Below are positions 1-9,976 of a stretch of 64,000 nt of DNA, in pieces. Below the pieces are notes generated by a model, which worked only from the letters and a program-made list of their open reading frames with translations, had not been told where the DNA came from and did no database searches. The position numbers and the translations under genes were made by a program. The number at the start of each line of letters is the position of its first letter. The first letter of the stretch is position 1. The stretch comes from an uncultured Gammaproteobacteria bacterium (GTDB taxonomy: Bacteria > Patescibacteriota > Microgenomatia > Levybacterales > GWA1-39-11): assembly GCA_964511965.1 (NCBI GenBank), contig CAZEGF010000008.1, forward strand, positions 3,497 to 67,496, in the 5' to 3' direction.

Positions 1-885
1 GGTCATAATATTTTACTCAAGGGTCCACCCGGAGCAGGTAAAACTTTAATAGCCAAAACTATTCCCTCAATACTCCCTCCGCTCTCTTTTGACGAGGCTT
101 TGGAAGTGACAAAAATTTATAGCATTTCAGGACTTTTACAAGGAAAATCAATTCTTCGTGTGCGTCCTTTCAGAAGTCCTCATCACACGACATCTCACAT
201 AGGTCTTGTTGGTGGTAGTGCAAATCCAAAACCAGGGGAAATTTCACTTGCACACCGTGGGGTTTTATTTTTAGACGAGTTGCCGGAGTTTTCAAGATAC
301 GTGCTTGAGGCTTTACGACAACCCTTAGAGGATGGGGTTGTTAGTATTTCAAGGGCTCGCGAGCGGGTTGTTTTTCCTTCTCGTTTTATGCTTGTTGCAG
401 CAGCAAATCCCTGTCCTTGCGGATTTTTTGGGGACAGTACAAAAGTATGTACATGCTCAGCCGGTCAAGTTCTTAAATATCAAAAGAAATTGTCAGGACC
501 ACTTCTGGATCGAATCGATATTCATATTGATGTTCCGGCAGTTAAAGTTGAAAAGTTAGTCGATGACACGAGCGATTATGAGAGTTCATACCAGATCAGG
601 GCAAGAGTTGTTGAGGCTGTTAAGCGTCAACAAAAACGCTTCTTACAAAAAAAGATTATAATGAACAGCGAAATGTCTTCTAAAGATCTTAAAGAACTAT
701 TGCTATTAAAAGATGATGCAAAAGAGATTATGAAAAATGCGATGAAAACACTTTCTCTATCCGCTCGTTCGTTTAATAAAGTTCTTAAAGTTTCCCGAAC
801 CATTGCTGATCTTGAAGGAAAAATTAAGGTAGAATCTTCACACATTTTAGAAGCTCTTCAATACCGCCCAAAAACGTTAGACTAA
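1..885 (+). CDS. comM: YifB/ComM Mg-chelatase-like AAA+ ATPase (5'-partial)
   Basis: Frame open from base 1 (GHNILLKGPPGAGKT Walker A); RPFRSPHH, GEISLAHRGVLFLDE, NPCPCG and SGPLLDRID motifs. Confidence 0.92.
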   Translation, partial: GHNILLKGPPGAGKTLIAKTIPSILPPLSFDEALEVTKIYSISGLLQGKSILRVRPFRSPHHTTSHIGLVGGSANPKPGEISLAHRGVLFLDELPEFSRYVLEALRQPLEDGVVSISRARERVVFPSRFMLVAAANPCPCGFFGDSTKVCTCSAGQVLKYQKKLSGPLLDRIDIHIDVPAVKVEKLVDDTSDYESSYQIRARVVEAVKRQQKRFLQKKIIMNSEMSSKDLKELLLLKDDAKEIMKNAMKTLSLSARSFNKVLKVSRTIADLEGKIKVESSHILEALQYRPKTLD

Positions 886-887
886 AA

Positions 888-1745
888 ATGCGAAAGACTT
901 TTATATTTCTTTTTTATTCATTCTTTCTCCTTATTTTAGGTAGAAATCTTCTTTTTATTCCGGTTGTGTCTATCGGTGGAACTACAAAAGCAAAAGATAC
1001 TGAGGCAATTCGTCAAGATGTTGTAGATTTACTCAAAGACAAAAAAGGAGAATTTAATGTTTGTTATACAGATCTTATTACAGAAGATTCATTTGGAATT
1101 CATCCTGATACTGTGCTCACCGGTGCGTCCATGAACAAACTTCCTGTTGTTGGATACCTCTACTTTCTAGCCGGAAAAAAGGAAATTGATCTTCAAGAAA
1201 CAGTAGTAATACAAAAATCAGACATCCAGGATTATGGAACCGGAGTGATACGTTACGAAGAGCCTGGAAAAACCTACACTCTTCAATATCTGGCTCAACT
1301 CGCACTTCAAAAATCAGACAACACAGCAGCTCACGTTTTAAATATTAGGCTTGGTGAGGATAATATTCAAGCATTTGCATTTAATTTAGGTATGAGTGCG
1401 ACTAATATGGTTGAAAACGACACATCTTGTCGCGATATCCAGACATTTTTTAAGAAATTATTTGCAAATAAAATAGCGCCGGAAGCACTCACAAAAGAAA
1501 TGATGGGATATATGGAAAATACCGATTTTGAGGATAGATTGCCCCGATTTTTACCACGGAATTTGCATGTGTACCACAAAACAGGAGATGGGGTTAACTT
1601 TATTCACGACGGTGGAATAATATCTAATGGCAATACACCATTTATATTAATTGTGACCTCAAGCAATCTAACGGATGAGGAAGAGGCGAAAGTAACGATT
1701 GGGAAAATTGCTGAAAAAATCTTTTTAGACCGCGGAAAGAAATAG
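888..1745 (+). CDS. Class A beta-lactamase-like serine hydrolase with N-terminal membrane anchor
   Basis: SxxK (SMNK), SDN and KTG motifs. Confidence 0.85.
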   Translation: MRKTFIFLFYSFFLLILGRNLLFIPVVSIGGTTKAKDTEAIRQDVVDLLKDKKGEFNVCYTDLITEDSFGIHPDTVLTGASMNKLPVVGYLYFLAGKKEIDLQETVVIQKSDIQDYGTGVIRYEEPGKTYTLQYLAQLALQKSDNTAAHVLNIRLGEDNIQAFAFNLGMSATNMVENDTSCRDIQTFFKKLFANKIAPEALTKEMMGYMENTDFEDRLPRFLPRNLHVYHKTGDGVNFIHDGGIISNGNTPFILIVTSSNLTDEEEAKVTIGKIAEKIFLDRGKK

Positions 1746-1778
1746 ATTCTCATATGATTGTTATTCTTCCTTGAAGAA

Positions 1779-1802
1779 AACATCTTCCTTCGGGAAGATG
1801 TT
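1779..1802. repeat. Perfect 10-bp hairpin with TTCG loop (terminator or operator)
   Basis: AACATCTTCC-TTCG-GGAAGATGTT, directly before TATAAT at 1804-1809. Confidence 0.7.
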
Positions 1803-1917
1803 ATATAATACCTTTGAGTTGTGTTTCTGCACCTCAAAAAAGCTTTTAAGGATGCGGAAACGCTCCTTGAAAACCTGCAAACACTCACCAAGCCCACATA
1901 GAAAGTAGGAATGTCTC

Positions 1918-3105
1918 ATGTCTGTCAGGTCGAAAAGGTCTATCCCGTCGATTGTGATGCTCATCTTCGCTCTAGCGATGATCGCGCTTGCTCTTATACA
2001 AGCAGACGATTCAGTTAGCGCGGAGGGTTCATCCGGATCCCAGGCGTCTCTTGGCGCCTCCATGCCCAACCACCGATATGTCGTAGGACTAGCTGCGGAT
2101 AGTGCAACTGGATGTTCTCAAGTCCAAGCGCAATCCGAAAGTATCGTTGCATCCGACCTAGTGTCGGTTAGTGCGATAGCGCTGGATCCAAAGGTCATAG
2201 ACCAGCTCATCGCCGACGGTAAAAACGCCGGAACGGTGGAACTGATTGTTGGAACTGTTGATGACTGGGTCACTGCATGGCGTGAGGTATATGGAAGCGC
2301 ACAAGTACAAGCCGCCGCACAAGCCCTTACAGGATGCACGACTGCAACAACTTCGCCGACACCTACCTCAACAGGTACTACCACGCCGACTAGCACTGTC
2401 ACCCAAACGGCTACATCAACACCTTCTGTGAGCCCGACTGCTACGTCAACAGGGACGGTTACACCGACCCCTACCAGTACCTTAACAACCACAGCAACAG
2501 CGACTAAGACAGGGACGACGATCCCAACATCCACGAGCACAGCAACTTCTGTGCCTGGAGTAACGTTGACTCCGACTCCGTCGCCGACGGTGCAAGCTTC
2601 GCTTACTCCGACTCCCACTCAACCGGGGGTTTCGCCGAGTCCTAGTCCAAGCCCGTCTCCGACCCCAACGTCAACACCAACCAGTACACCAACGCCTACT
2701 CCCGACCCCTGCACTCACACAGAGGGAACGACGTGGGTAGCGTCTAATGGTGATGCGTTGACATTAACATTCACTACATTTTGTGCGGGGGACACCGAGA
2801 ACTTCAATCTTGTTCTGCATGACGTTGCCACCAGCGTTGGTATCAACTTCACGATGGACAGATCACAGATCCCTCGGGGTGCCAATCCGGAATATACACC
2901 GATGACGCAGGATCCGTCCTGCCCTACGGCCGGAAAGTGCTGGAAATTCGTGTTCGTCGCACAATCTAACGCTCCCTGCGAGGAGAGCTTCAGTTGTACG
3001 GGAGCTCCAGTTCCCGACACGACGAAGCAACGGTTCAACATCAACATGTTGATTACGACCAGTTCGGGAACACGGACTTTCTCGATAAGGATCCCATTTT
3101 TCTAG
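1918..3105 (+). CDS. High-GC secreted protein with long Thr/Pro/Ser linker and Cys-containing C-terminal domain
   Basis: Signal-peptide-like N-terminus, about 120-aa T/P/S tract, about 55% GC in a sampled line. Confidence 0.8.
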   Translation: MSVRSKRSIPSIVMLIFALAMIALALIQADDSVSAEGSSGSQASLGASMPNHRYVVGLAADSATGCSQVQAQSESIVASDLVSVSAIALDPKVIDQLIADGKNAGTVELIVGTVDDWVTAWREVYGSAQVQAAAQALTGCTTATTSPTPTSTGTTTPTSTVTQTATSTPSVSPTATSTGTVTPTPTSTLTTTATATKTGTTIPTSTSTATSVPGVTLTPTPSPTVQASLTPTPTQPGVSPSPSPSPSPTPTSTPTSTPTPTPDPCTHTEGTTWVASNGDALTLTFTTFCAGDTENFNLVLHDVATSVGINFTMDRSQIPRGANPEYTPMTQDPSCPTAGKCWKFVFVAQSNAPCEESFSCTGAPVPDTTKQRFNINMLITTSSGTRTFSIRIPFF

Positions 3106-3122
3106 AGTGTTTGCAGTCCAAC

Positions 3123-3152
3123 GGTGTCGAGGGGGTAACTCCCCTCGGCACC
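3123..3152. terminator. GC-rich 12-bp hairpin between convergent genes (no U-tract)
   Basis: GGTGTCGAGGGG-GTAACT-CCCCTCGGCACC. Confidence 0.65.
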
Positions 3153-3157
3153 CCGAC

Positions 3158-3799
3158 TCATTCAATGAGTGAGGCTAATTTTTTAAATTCTTCTTCCGGG
3201 TTACCACTTTCATATATTGCACTTGTCGTAACAAATCTATTTGCTCCGGCATTTTTTGCCTCAACTATTGTTGTTTCATTTATTCCCCCATCAACTTCGA
3301 TTGGTAAATACGGATATTTTTCGCGGATCTGTCTCACTTTTTCAAGCATTTCGCCTTTAAATTCTTGTCCGGAAAAACCGGCTTTAATTGTCATAATTAG
3401 CAGACAATCTAAATCATTTAAATTAATGTTTTTTATAACGTCAAGACCCGTTGGACCATCAATTGCAAGCCCAACTTCTCCGAGTAATTGTCCTTGTGCA
3501 ATAAATTCGATAGGATCGGGCATTTTTTCGACCTGTCCAATAAAACGTCTAAACCCGGCATCAGCCCATGCTTTAAGCTGGTTAATTGGATCATTAACCA
3601 TTAAATGAACTTCAAACAAAAAGTCTTTTGTAGTATTAGAAAATTTTGAAGCATCTGAAAATGTTATGTTTGGTGCAAACACACCATCTACGACATCGAT
3701 ATGAATCGTTTTTGCGAGCGGCTTAATAATTTGAATCCTTCCTTCAATCTCTTCCCAATTTTTATTTTCCGTCCCAGGACTTGGAATTACCTCATTCAT
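3158..3799 (-). CDS. rpe: Ribulose-phosphate 3-epimerase
   Basis: HIDVVDG.F.PN, EVHLMV, GFSGQ, IEVDGGI. Confidence 0.93.
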   Translation of the reverse strand: MNEVIPSPGTENKNWEEIEGRIQIIKPLAKTIHIDVVDGVFAPNITFSDASKFSNTTKDFLFEVHLMVNDPINQLKAWADAGFRRFIGQVEKMPDPIEFIAQGQLLGEVGLAIDGPTGLDVIKNINLNDLDCLLIMTIKAGFSGQEFKGEMLEKVRQIREKYPYLPIEVDGGINETTIVEAKNAGANRFVTTSAIYESGNPEEEFKKLASLIE

Positions 3800-4295
3800 T
3801 ATTTTCTATAACTGAAATTTTCTTTATTCTTCTTGCGTGTCTTTCTTCATGAGAAAATCCAGTTTCTAAAAACGCTTTAACAGCTCCATAGGCGGTTTCA
3901 TCATCTAAAAATCTAACTCCCAAAGACAAAATGTTGGCATCATTATGAAGTCGTGCCAATTTTACCATTTCAAATATATCATCACTCATGCGCCCTGATA
4001 TATCGGCGGCATGAACTGGAGGCGTTGCACTATAAAAAAGTGCAGAGCGGACCCCCTTAAATTTATTAGCTACCATATTTTCCGCTTGACCTGACCCGCC
4101 AAAAATAATTGCTTTGTCTTCCGGATTTTCTGAAACTTTTTTAGCAGCAAGTTTTATAAAATCCGGATAATCATCGTCAGGATTATAATCGGTAGCCCCG
4201 CAGTCCTCTACATCGTATCCGTCAACCGTAAGTCTGCTTTTTATAAAATTTTTTAACTCAAGGCCGGTATGATCGGTTGCAAGATAGACTTTCAT
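3792..4295 (-). CDS. rpiB: RpiB/LacA/LacB sugar-phosphate isomerase
   Basis: DH.G..LK, DYPD, ANK.KGVR, AR.HNDAN.L, RH.RRI. Confidence 0.92.
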   Translation of the reverse strand: MKVYLATDHTGLELKNFIKSRLTVDGYDVEDCGATDYNPDDDYPDFIKLAAKKVSENPEDKAIIFGGSGQAENMVANKFKGVRSALFYSATPPVHAADISGRMSDDIFEMVKLARLHNDANILSLGVRFLDDETAYGAVKAFLETGFSHEERHARRIKKISVIENNE

Positions 4296-4297
4296 GA

Positions 4298-5272
4298 TTA
4301 TATTTGTTCTGCGGTAAGTTCTATTTCTGAATTTTTTTGTTCCATTTCGTCTAATTTTAACTGACCTGTATGCGCGCCAACATGTGACATAACTCCAAGC
4401 GCATTAAGAACTCCCCATTTCATGCAAATTGAAATTTCTTTTCCTTGCACATACGCTGCCAAAAAAGCAGCAGCATACGCATCTCCTGCTCCTGTCTTTT
4501 CGTGCCCCTCAGGTTTTAGTGTTTTTATTTTATATACTCTATTTTCATTGTCTACCGCATATGCACCCTCTGCCCCATCAGTAATTGATAAAAGTTCAAA
4601 TCCATTATTCTTTAAATTTAGAAGTAGGTCTCTTTTATCTTCTATGTCATTTCCCGAGAGTGTTTTGTTAATAATCTTTGCTTCTTCCATATTACAAAAA
4701 AGCATTTTTGCCTGGTGCACCGTTTTAATAAAAGTTTCATTTATATTTTTCATTTGCTGGGAACCGGGTGAAAATGCAATAGGAATGTTATGTGTCGACG
4801 CATACGAAAGTACTTTGTCGTATGCGCTTTCCCATGTTTTACCTAGCGACGTTAAAAAAATGTGAGATGGGATTTCTCCAACTTTGGCTTCATCAAATCC
4901 ATGATCAAATTCGGGATGGTGAGAAAAGATTGTTCTGTCTTGAGTAAAATTAAAAATAAGCGATAAGGGCCCGGTTGCAGAAGTTGTTGTATCATAGCAA
5001 ACGGAAATTCCTTCCTCAGATAATCTTTGAGAAATATATTTAGAAAGAGCATCCTCACCAAGGTATGTATAAAAAAGATTAGGAATCGTAAGCTTTTGAA
5101 GTGCAGAAGCCACATTGGGTCCATTTCCTCCGATTGAAAATGTCTTTATATCAACAGGAACCTTGTCGCCAAGTGCAAAGGAAGCCCGACTTCCCTCAAT
5201 TGTAATATGGGGATTATTTTCAAGAGCGACAATCACATCAAACAAAGATGACCCAATTACTAATACTTTCAT
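4298..5272 (-). CDS. PfkB-family carbohydrate kinase
   Basis: GGNGPNVA, ITDGAEGA, TGAGDAY. Confidence 0.88.
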   Translation of the reverse strand: MKVLVIGSSLFDVIVALENNPHITIEGSRASFALGDKVPVDIKTFSIGGNGPNVASALQKLTIPNLFYTYLGEDALSKYISQRLSEEGISVCYDTTTSATGPLSLIFNFTQDRTIFSHHPEFDHGFDEAKVGEIPSHIFLTSLGKTWESAYDKVLSYASTHNIPIAFSPGSQQMKNINETFIKTVHQAKMLFCNMEEAKIINKTLSGNDIEDKRDLLLNLKNNGFELLSITDGAEGAYAVDNENRVYKIKTLKPEGHEKTGAGDAYAAAFLAAYVQGKEISICMKWGVLNALGVMSHVGAHTGQLKLDEMEQKNSEIELTAEQI

Positions 5273-5352
5273 ACAAACATTGTATACTTGCGCTCTTTAG
5301 GAATGCAACTCAACTTGATTCTTATTAAAACACTTTGATATCTATTTACCTG

Positions 5353-5381
5353 TTGCGAATTTGAAGGGTGATTACTATAAT
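5353..5381 (+). promoter_or_regulatory. Sigma70-type promoter for PBP gene
   Basis: TTGCGA-17 bp-TATAAT. Confidence 0.65.
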
Positions 5382-5514
5382 ACTAATTTAACAATAGATA
5401 ATACTGTTAAATTAGTATTCATTTGCTTTGCAAATGTAATCCTTATTTAACAAAAAAATTGTAATAGAATTCTGCCCTCAGTACGTCATTATTAAAAAAA
5501 CAATTGGAGGGCCT

Positions 5515-7887
5515 ATGGCTTTTTTTAAATTTTTATTTTATATAGTTCTTTTTATCCTCATAAAAATTGGGGATATGGTCTACTCGGTTATCCAATCTTT
5601 GCTCTCAATTATCCTCTCTCCATTATCTTATTTCTCATCAAATATTCTCGGTTTTAAAAAATTACTGTCAAAAATAGTTGTTAAAAAGGAAAAACGAATA
5701 TACAAAAAAAACAAAACTATAAGTCGTAAAACAGGACAAAGTTTCGTATTATTTTCGAAAATTGATACTTTTTTTACGACATTACCTGCATTTGTATTTA
5801 AAGAGTTTAGCATATTTCTCTTATTTTTAGCCTCAATTCTTTTTATTCCGGTAAAACTTTTACTAAAACTAAAGCTTCCGAAAAGAAAAAAACGAATAAA
5901 GCAGAAACGATTGGTTATAACAAATAACCCTTCTTTCATTTTTAAATTTAAATATCTTGTATTGGGTACGATACTGGCATGTATTTTCTTTTTTATTCCT
6001 GCATTGTTTTTTCTTTTTCTATCAGATTTGCCAAAGTTGTCAAATCTTTCTGTTAATTATGTTCCAAAGACAACAAAAATTTTGGATCGGAACGGGAATT
6101 TGCTTTATGAGATTTATGCAAATCAGAACCGGACAATTGTTAGACTTGATAAGATTCCAAAAAAATTGCAGGAAGCAACTATTGCTATTGAAGATAAAGA
6201 TTTTTATAAACATGACGGTTTTGATTTGAGAGGAATTCTGCGGGCAATTTACATAGATGCAACAAAGAAAGAATTGCAGGGAGGCTCAACAATCACTCAG
6301 CAACTTATAAAATCAGCTTTGTTAACACCGGAGACTACAATTACTCGAAAAGTAAGAGAATTAATCTTGGCATTTTGGGCAGAGCAAAAGTATACAAAAA
6401 ATCAAATTTTAGAACTGTATTTTAACTACGTGCCATACGGGGGAACAGCATGGGGCGTTGAAGCTGCGAGTCAAGTATATTTTGGTAAAGATGTCTCAAG
6501 CCTTACTCTTTCTGAAAGTGCTTACCTTGCTGGCCTCCCACAAGCTCCAAGTCTATACTCACCATTTGCAGGGGATGGGAATTTAGGCAAGAGAAGACAA
6601 AAAGAAGTTCTCGCTTCGATGGTTTCTGAAGGGTATATTACAAAAGATCAAGCTGAGCGTGCCTACTCTGAAAAATTGGTTTTTGCCTCATCGCAAGTAC
6701 CTATCCAAGCTCCTCACTTTGTCATGTATGTAAAAGATTTACTGATTAGAAAATATGGCTTATTTGAGGTAGAAAGAGGTGGACTTCAAGTAACAACTTC
6801 TCTTGATATAAATACGCAAAAAATGGCAGAAGAGGTAGTCTCTGATGAAGTTACTCGTGATGGATACTTAGGAATAGGAAACGGTGCAGCTCTGGTAACA
6901 AATCCTCAAAATGGAGATATATTGGCGATGGTTGGAAGTAGTGATTATTTTGATACGGATCATGATGGAAATGTAAATATAACCACATCGTTAAGGCAAC
7001 CTGGTTCAACTATTAAACTTATTACATACGCTTTAGCGCTTTCTAAAGGGTATACTGAGGCCTCAATTCTTGAAGATAGTCCACTTTCAATACCAAATCC
7101 CGGTGGTCAACCATATACACCGGTAAATTATGATGGAAAATTTCATGGAAAAGTACCGCTTCGTATTGCATTTGCTAATTCATTTAATATCCCGGCTGTA
7201 AGGGTAGCACAAAAAATGGGGGTTGATGCGATAGTTGAATTTGGAAAGCAAATGGGAATATCCTCCTGGGGATCTGCTGATAATTACGGTTTATCAATCA
7301 CACTAGGTGCAGCTGAGGTTACTATGAAGGATTTAGCAACCGCATATGGGGTTATAGCAAATGGAGGAAACCGCGTCGATTTAGACCCAATCCTTTTGAT
7401 AACTGACACGGATGGGAAAGTCATTTCAAAAAAAGAGGCTAAAGAAACTTCTGTTATTGATGCTGGAATTGCATATATCATCTCAAATATTCTTGCGGAC
7501 GACCGGGCACGAAGCATCGAATTTGGTACAAATTCTCCCTTAGTAATTCCAAACCAGAAGGTATCAGTTAAAACTGGAACGACTGACAACAAGAGAGATA
7601 ATTGGACAGTCGGCTTTACTCCGGATATCCTTGTTGCAACATGGGTTGGCAATAACGACAATACTCCACTTTCACAAGCTCTAGCCTCCGGAATTACCGG
7701 TGCTGCCCCAATGTGGCATAGAATTATGAGCAACATGCTCGCAAGCAATGGAACGCAGGAATTAACAATGCCAGATGATGTAGTTGTTAAAAATTGCTTT
7801 GGGTACGATGCTTATTTTATTCGTGGAACCGAATCAAAAGATTCTTGTCGAATAGCTATTCCTACTCCAACTCTCACACAACAATAA
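5515..7887 (+). CDS. Class A penicillin-binding protein (transglycosylase/transpeptidase)
   Basis: EDKDFYKH.G, GGSTITQQL, RK..E, RQPGSTIK (SxxK), SFN, KTGT. Confidence 0.95.
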   Translation: MAFFKFLFYIVLFILIKIGDMVYSVIQSLLSIILSPLSYFSSNILGFKKLLSKIVVKKEKRIYKKNKTISRKTGQSFVLFSKIDTFFTTLPAFVFKEFSIFLLFLASILFIPVKLLLKLKLPKRKKRIKQKRLVITNNPSFIFKFKYLVLGTILACIFFFIPALFFLFLSDLPKLSNLSVNYVPKTTKILDRNGNLLYEIYANQNRTIVRLDKIPKKLQEATIAIEDKDFYKHDGFDLRGILRAIYIDATKKELQGGSTITQQLIKSALLTPETTITRKVRELILAFWAEQKYTKNQILELYFNYVPYGGTAWGVEAASQVYFGKDVSSLTLSESAYLAGLPQAPSLYSPFAGDGNLGKRRQKEVLASMVSEGYITKDQAERAYSEKLVFASSQVPIQAPHFVMYVKDLLIRKYGLFEVERGGLQVTTSLDINTQKMAEEVVSDEVTRDGYLGIGNGAALVTNPQNGDILAMVGSSDYFDTDHDGNVNITTSLRQPGSTIKLITYALALSKGYTEASILEDSPLSIPNPGGQPYTPVNYDGKFHGKVPLRIAFANSFNIPAVRVAQKMGVDAIVEFGKQMGISSWGSADNYGLSITLGAAEVTMKDLATAYGVIANGGNRVDLDPILLITDTDGKVISKKEAKETSVIDAGIAYIISNILADDRARSIEFGTNSPLVIPNQKVSVKTGTTDNKRDNWTVGFTPDILVATWVGNNDNTPLSQALASGITGAAPMWHRIMSNMLASNGTQELTMPDDVVVKNCFGYDAYFIRGTESKDSCRIAIPTPTLTQQ

Positions 7888-7890
7888 ATC

Positions 7891-7921
7891 AGTGATTAGT
7901 AATTAGTGATTAGTAAATAGT
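7891..7921. repeat. Heptamer tandem array (AGTGATT/AGTAATT)
   Basis: AGTGATT AGTAATT AGTGATT AGTAAAT AGT. Confidence 0.85.
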
Positions 7922-7938
7922 TTTGGCATAATAAAACT

Positions 7939-8304
7939 GTGAAGATTGTTAACCCTACCGCGGTTTTTGGCGAGGATGAAGCTTGTAAATTTCTTATAAA
8001 GAAGGGATACAAAATCCTTGAGCGCAATTTCCGTAAAGGGTATGGTGAGATTGACATCATCGCTCTAGATGACAAAACTCTGGTGTTTATAGAAGTAAAA
8101 ACCCGTTCTTCAAATAAATACGGAACTCCTTTTGAAGCTATTTCTCCCAATAAGTTGAGGCTTCTTATTAAAGGCGCAAATTATTATAAATACGTTTTGC
8201 ATCCAAATCTGACGGATGATATGAGAATTGATGCTATTGGAGTAATGGTATGGGGAAATGAAGTTCTATCAATTGAGCATTTAGAAAATATCTCAGGATT
8301 TTAA
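7939..8304 (+). CDS. yraN: YraN/UPF0102 family endonuclease
   Basis: GE..A..FL..KGY.IL.RNFR...GEIDII, VFIEVKTR. Confidence 0.92.
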   Translation: MKIVNPTAVFGEDEACKFLIKKGYKILERNFRKGYGEIDIIALDDKTLVFIEVKTRSSNKYGTPFEAISPNKLRLLIKGANYYKYVLHPNLTDDMRIDAIGVMVWGNEVLSIEHLENISGF

Positions 8305-8885
8305 GTTAGGTTAAGCGTTTCAAGAACTTTTTGTAAAGACTGTTCTCTATTCAATAAAAACGTATTAATTACCAAATCATAGTAACCCCTATTCATATAT
8401 GTCCAATTTGTATCGCCATTTGCATATAATCTTTGCCATTTTTCAATATCATTTTTTTCCCGTTCTATTACTTCTTCTTTTGCTTTTTCTACTGAAATTT
8501 CCTCACGATTTACTAATCTATCTATTCGTATTTGGGTTTGATCATTACCATGCTCGTCCTCACAAATAACGAGTATCTTAAAAATTCCATCTACTCCTTG
8601 AGCATTAAATCCAGCAAGCTTAGTTTCTAAGATTATATTTTTGTCCTCCCTGATAATCTTTTTAAGTTGTTCATCAAATAATAAATCTTCCTCATCTGGT
8701 CTTAAGCTCGTATCTTTTGGGGCAAGCTGCATATGTTGTCTAACAGCCTCCCAGAATATTTCTCCTCCTTCAATGTGTTTCCAGTCGAGATATTGGGCAA
8801 GTCTTTTCGCTAAGGTAGTTGATCCAGAAGCAATTCTTCCAGAAACAGCGATTATTCGGATAGAGCCTAGATCTTTTGGATTCAT
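8301..8885 (-). CDS. cmk: Cytidylate kinase-like (archaeal-type) nucleotide kinase
   Basis: P-loop SGRIASGSTTLAK, C-terminal YDLVINT. Confidence 0.7.
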   Translation of the reverse strand: MNPKDLGSIRIIAVSGRIASGSTTLAKRLAQYLDWKHIEGGEIFWEAVRQHMQLAPKDTSLRPDEEDLLFDEQLKKIIREDKNIILETKLAGFNAQGVDGIFKILVICEDEHGNDQTQIRIDRLVNREEISVEKAKEEVIEREKNDIEKWQRLYANGDTNWTYMNRGYYDLVINTFLLNREQSLQKVLETLNLT

Positions 8886-8890
8886 AAAAA

Positions 8891-9976
8891 TTAACTTTGA
8901 GGATTTCCTTGTGCCTTGCGGCCCAAAATAAGAGTTTCTTCAACGAGTCTGTTTGAGTATCCAAATTCATTGTCGTACCATGCAATAATTTTTAACATAT
9001 TCCCTGCAACTACCTGTGTTAGCGACAAATCGGCTATTGAGGAGTGTGAGTTACCGATTATATCACTTGAAACGAGTGGGTCATTGGTAACAGTAAAAAT
9101 ACCCTTCCAGCGAGGGTTTTCAGCTGCTTGTTTGAGTACCCCGTTAACCTCTTCAACCGTTACATCTCTTTTAAGTAAAAAAGTAAAATCAGAAAGAGAA
9201 CCAACTGCTACCGGAACTCGGATAGCAAGTCCGTTAAAAATTCCCTGAAGTGAAGGAATCGCTTTTGCAGCTGCAATTGTTGCACCTGATGATGTCGGGA
9301 TGATATTTTGAGCTGCATTTCTTGCCCTTCTATAATCTTTATGCCCTCCGTCTTGAAGGCTTTGGTCTGATGTATATCCGTGAATTGTCGTCATCATTGC
9401 TTTTTCAATTCCAAAAGTTTCTTCGATAATTGCTGCAACTGGTGCAATGCAATTTGTTGTACAAGATGCGTTACTAACTACATTCTCAATTTTTTCTCCA
9501 TCCTGATCATTTAGATTTACCCCCAAAACATAAGTTGCGGCACTCTGTTCATCTTTAAATGGAGCAGAGAGTATGACTGATTTTGCCCCCGCATCAATAT
9601 GAGGCTGAATTTTTTCAGGGGTAGTAAATGCACCGGTCGATTCAATAACTACATCAACATTTAGATCGCGCCAAGGTAGTTTTGAAGGATCCTTTTCAGA
9701 GAAAAAGGGAATAACTTTATCATCAACGACTAAGGCTCCAATAGTCTCTAAGGAATATTTTGCTTCTACCTCTTCCGGTTTTTGAATAAAAAGTGAATGG
9801 TGGTGAAGCTCATGATACATTGTGTCAAACTTAAGAAGATACATCCAGCCCTGCATGTCGGTTGATGACCCAGCATTAACCGCAACAATTTCAATTTCCT
9901 CCCCGAATTTCTCAATAATAATACGATGGGCGACTCTTCCGATACGACCGTAACCGTTGATTGCAACACGAACCAT
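8891..9976 (-). CDS. gap: Type I glyceraldehyde-3-phosphate dehydrogenase
   Basis: INGYGRIGR, SNASCTTNC, WYDNE.GYS.R. Confidence 0.97.
   Translation of the reverse strand: MVRVAINGYGRIGRVAHRIIIEKFGEEIEIVAVNAGSSTDMQGWMYLLKFDTMYHELHHHSLFIQKPEEVEAKYSLETIGALVVDDKVIPFFSEKDPSKLPWRDLNVDVVIESTGAFTTPEKIQPHIDAGAKSVILSAPFKDEQSAATYVLGVNLNDQDGEKIENVVSNASCTTNCIAPVAAIIEETFGIEKAMMTTIHGYTSDQSLQDGGHKDYRRARNAAQNIIPTSSGATIAAAKAIPSLQGIFNGLAIRVPVAVGSLSDFTFLLKRDVTVEEVNGVLKQAAENPRWKGIFTVTNDPLVSSDIIGNSHSSIADLSLTQVVAGNMLKIIAWYDNEFGYSNRLVEETLILGRKAQGNPQS

Noticed and set aside
888-1745. Bona fide beta-lactam resistance gene
   Set aside because: SxxK/SDN/KTG are shared with PBP-like hydrolases; activity cannot be inferred from motifs.
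1813-1872. c-di-GMP-I riboswitch (two hairpins, GAAA loop)
   Set aside because: The conserved ligand-binding nucleotides were not recognisable; an Rfam search would settle it.
2118-2618. Val/Gly-rich minus-strand ORF and other ORFs overlapping the high-GC genes
   Set aside because: Antisense shadows of Thr/Pro codons and of stop-poor high-GC sequence.
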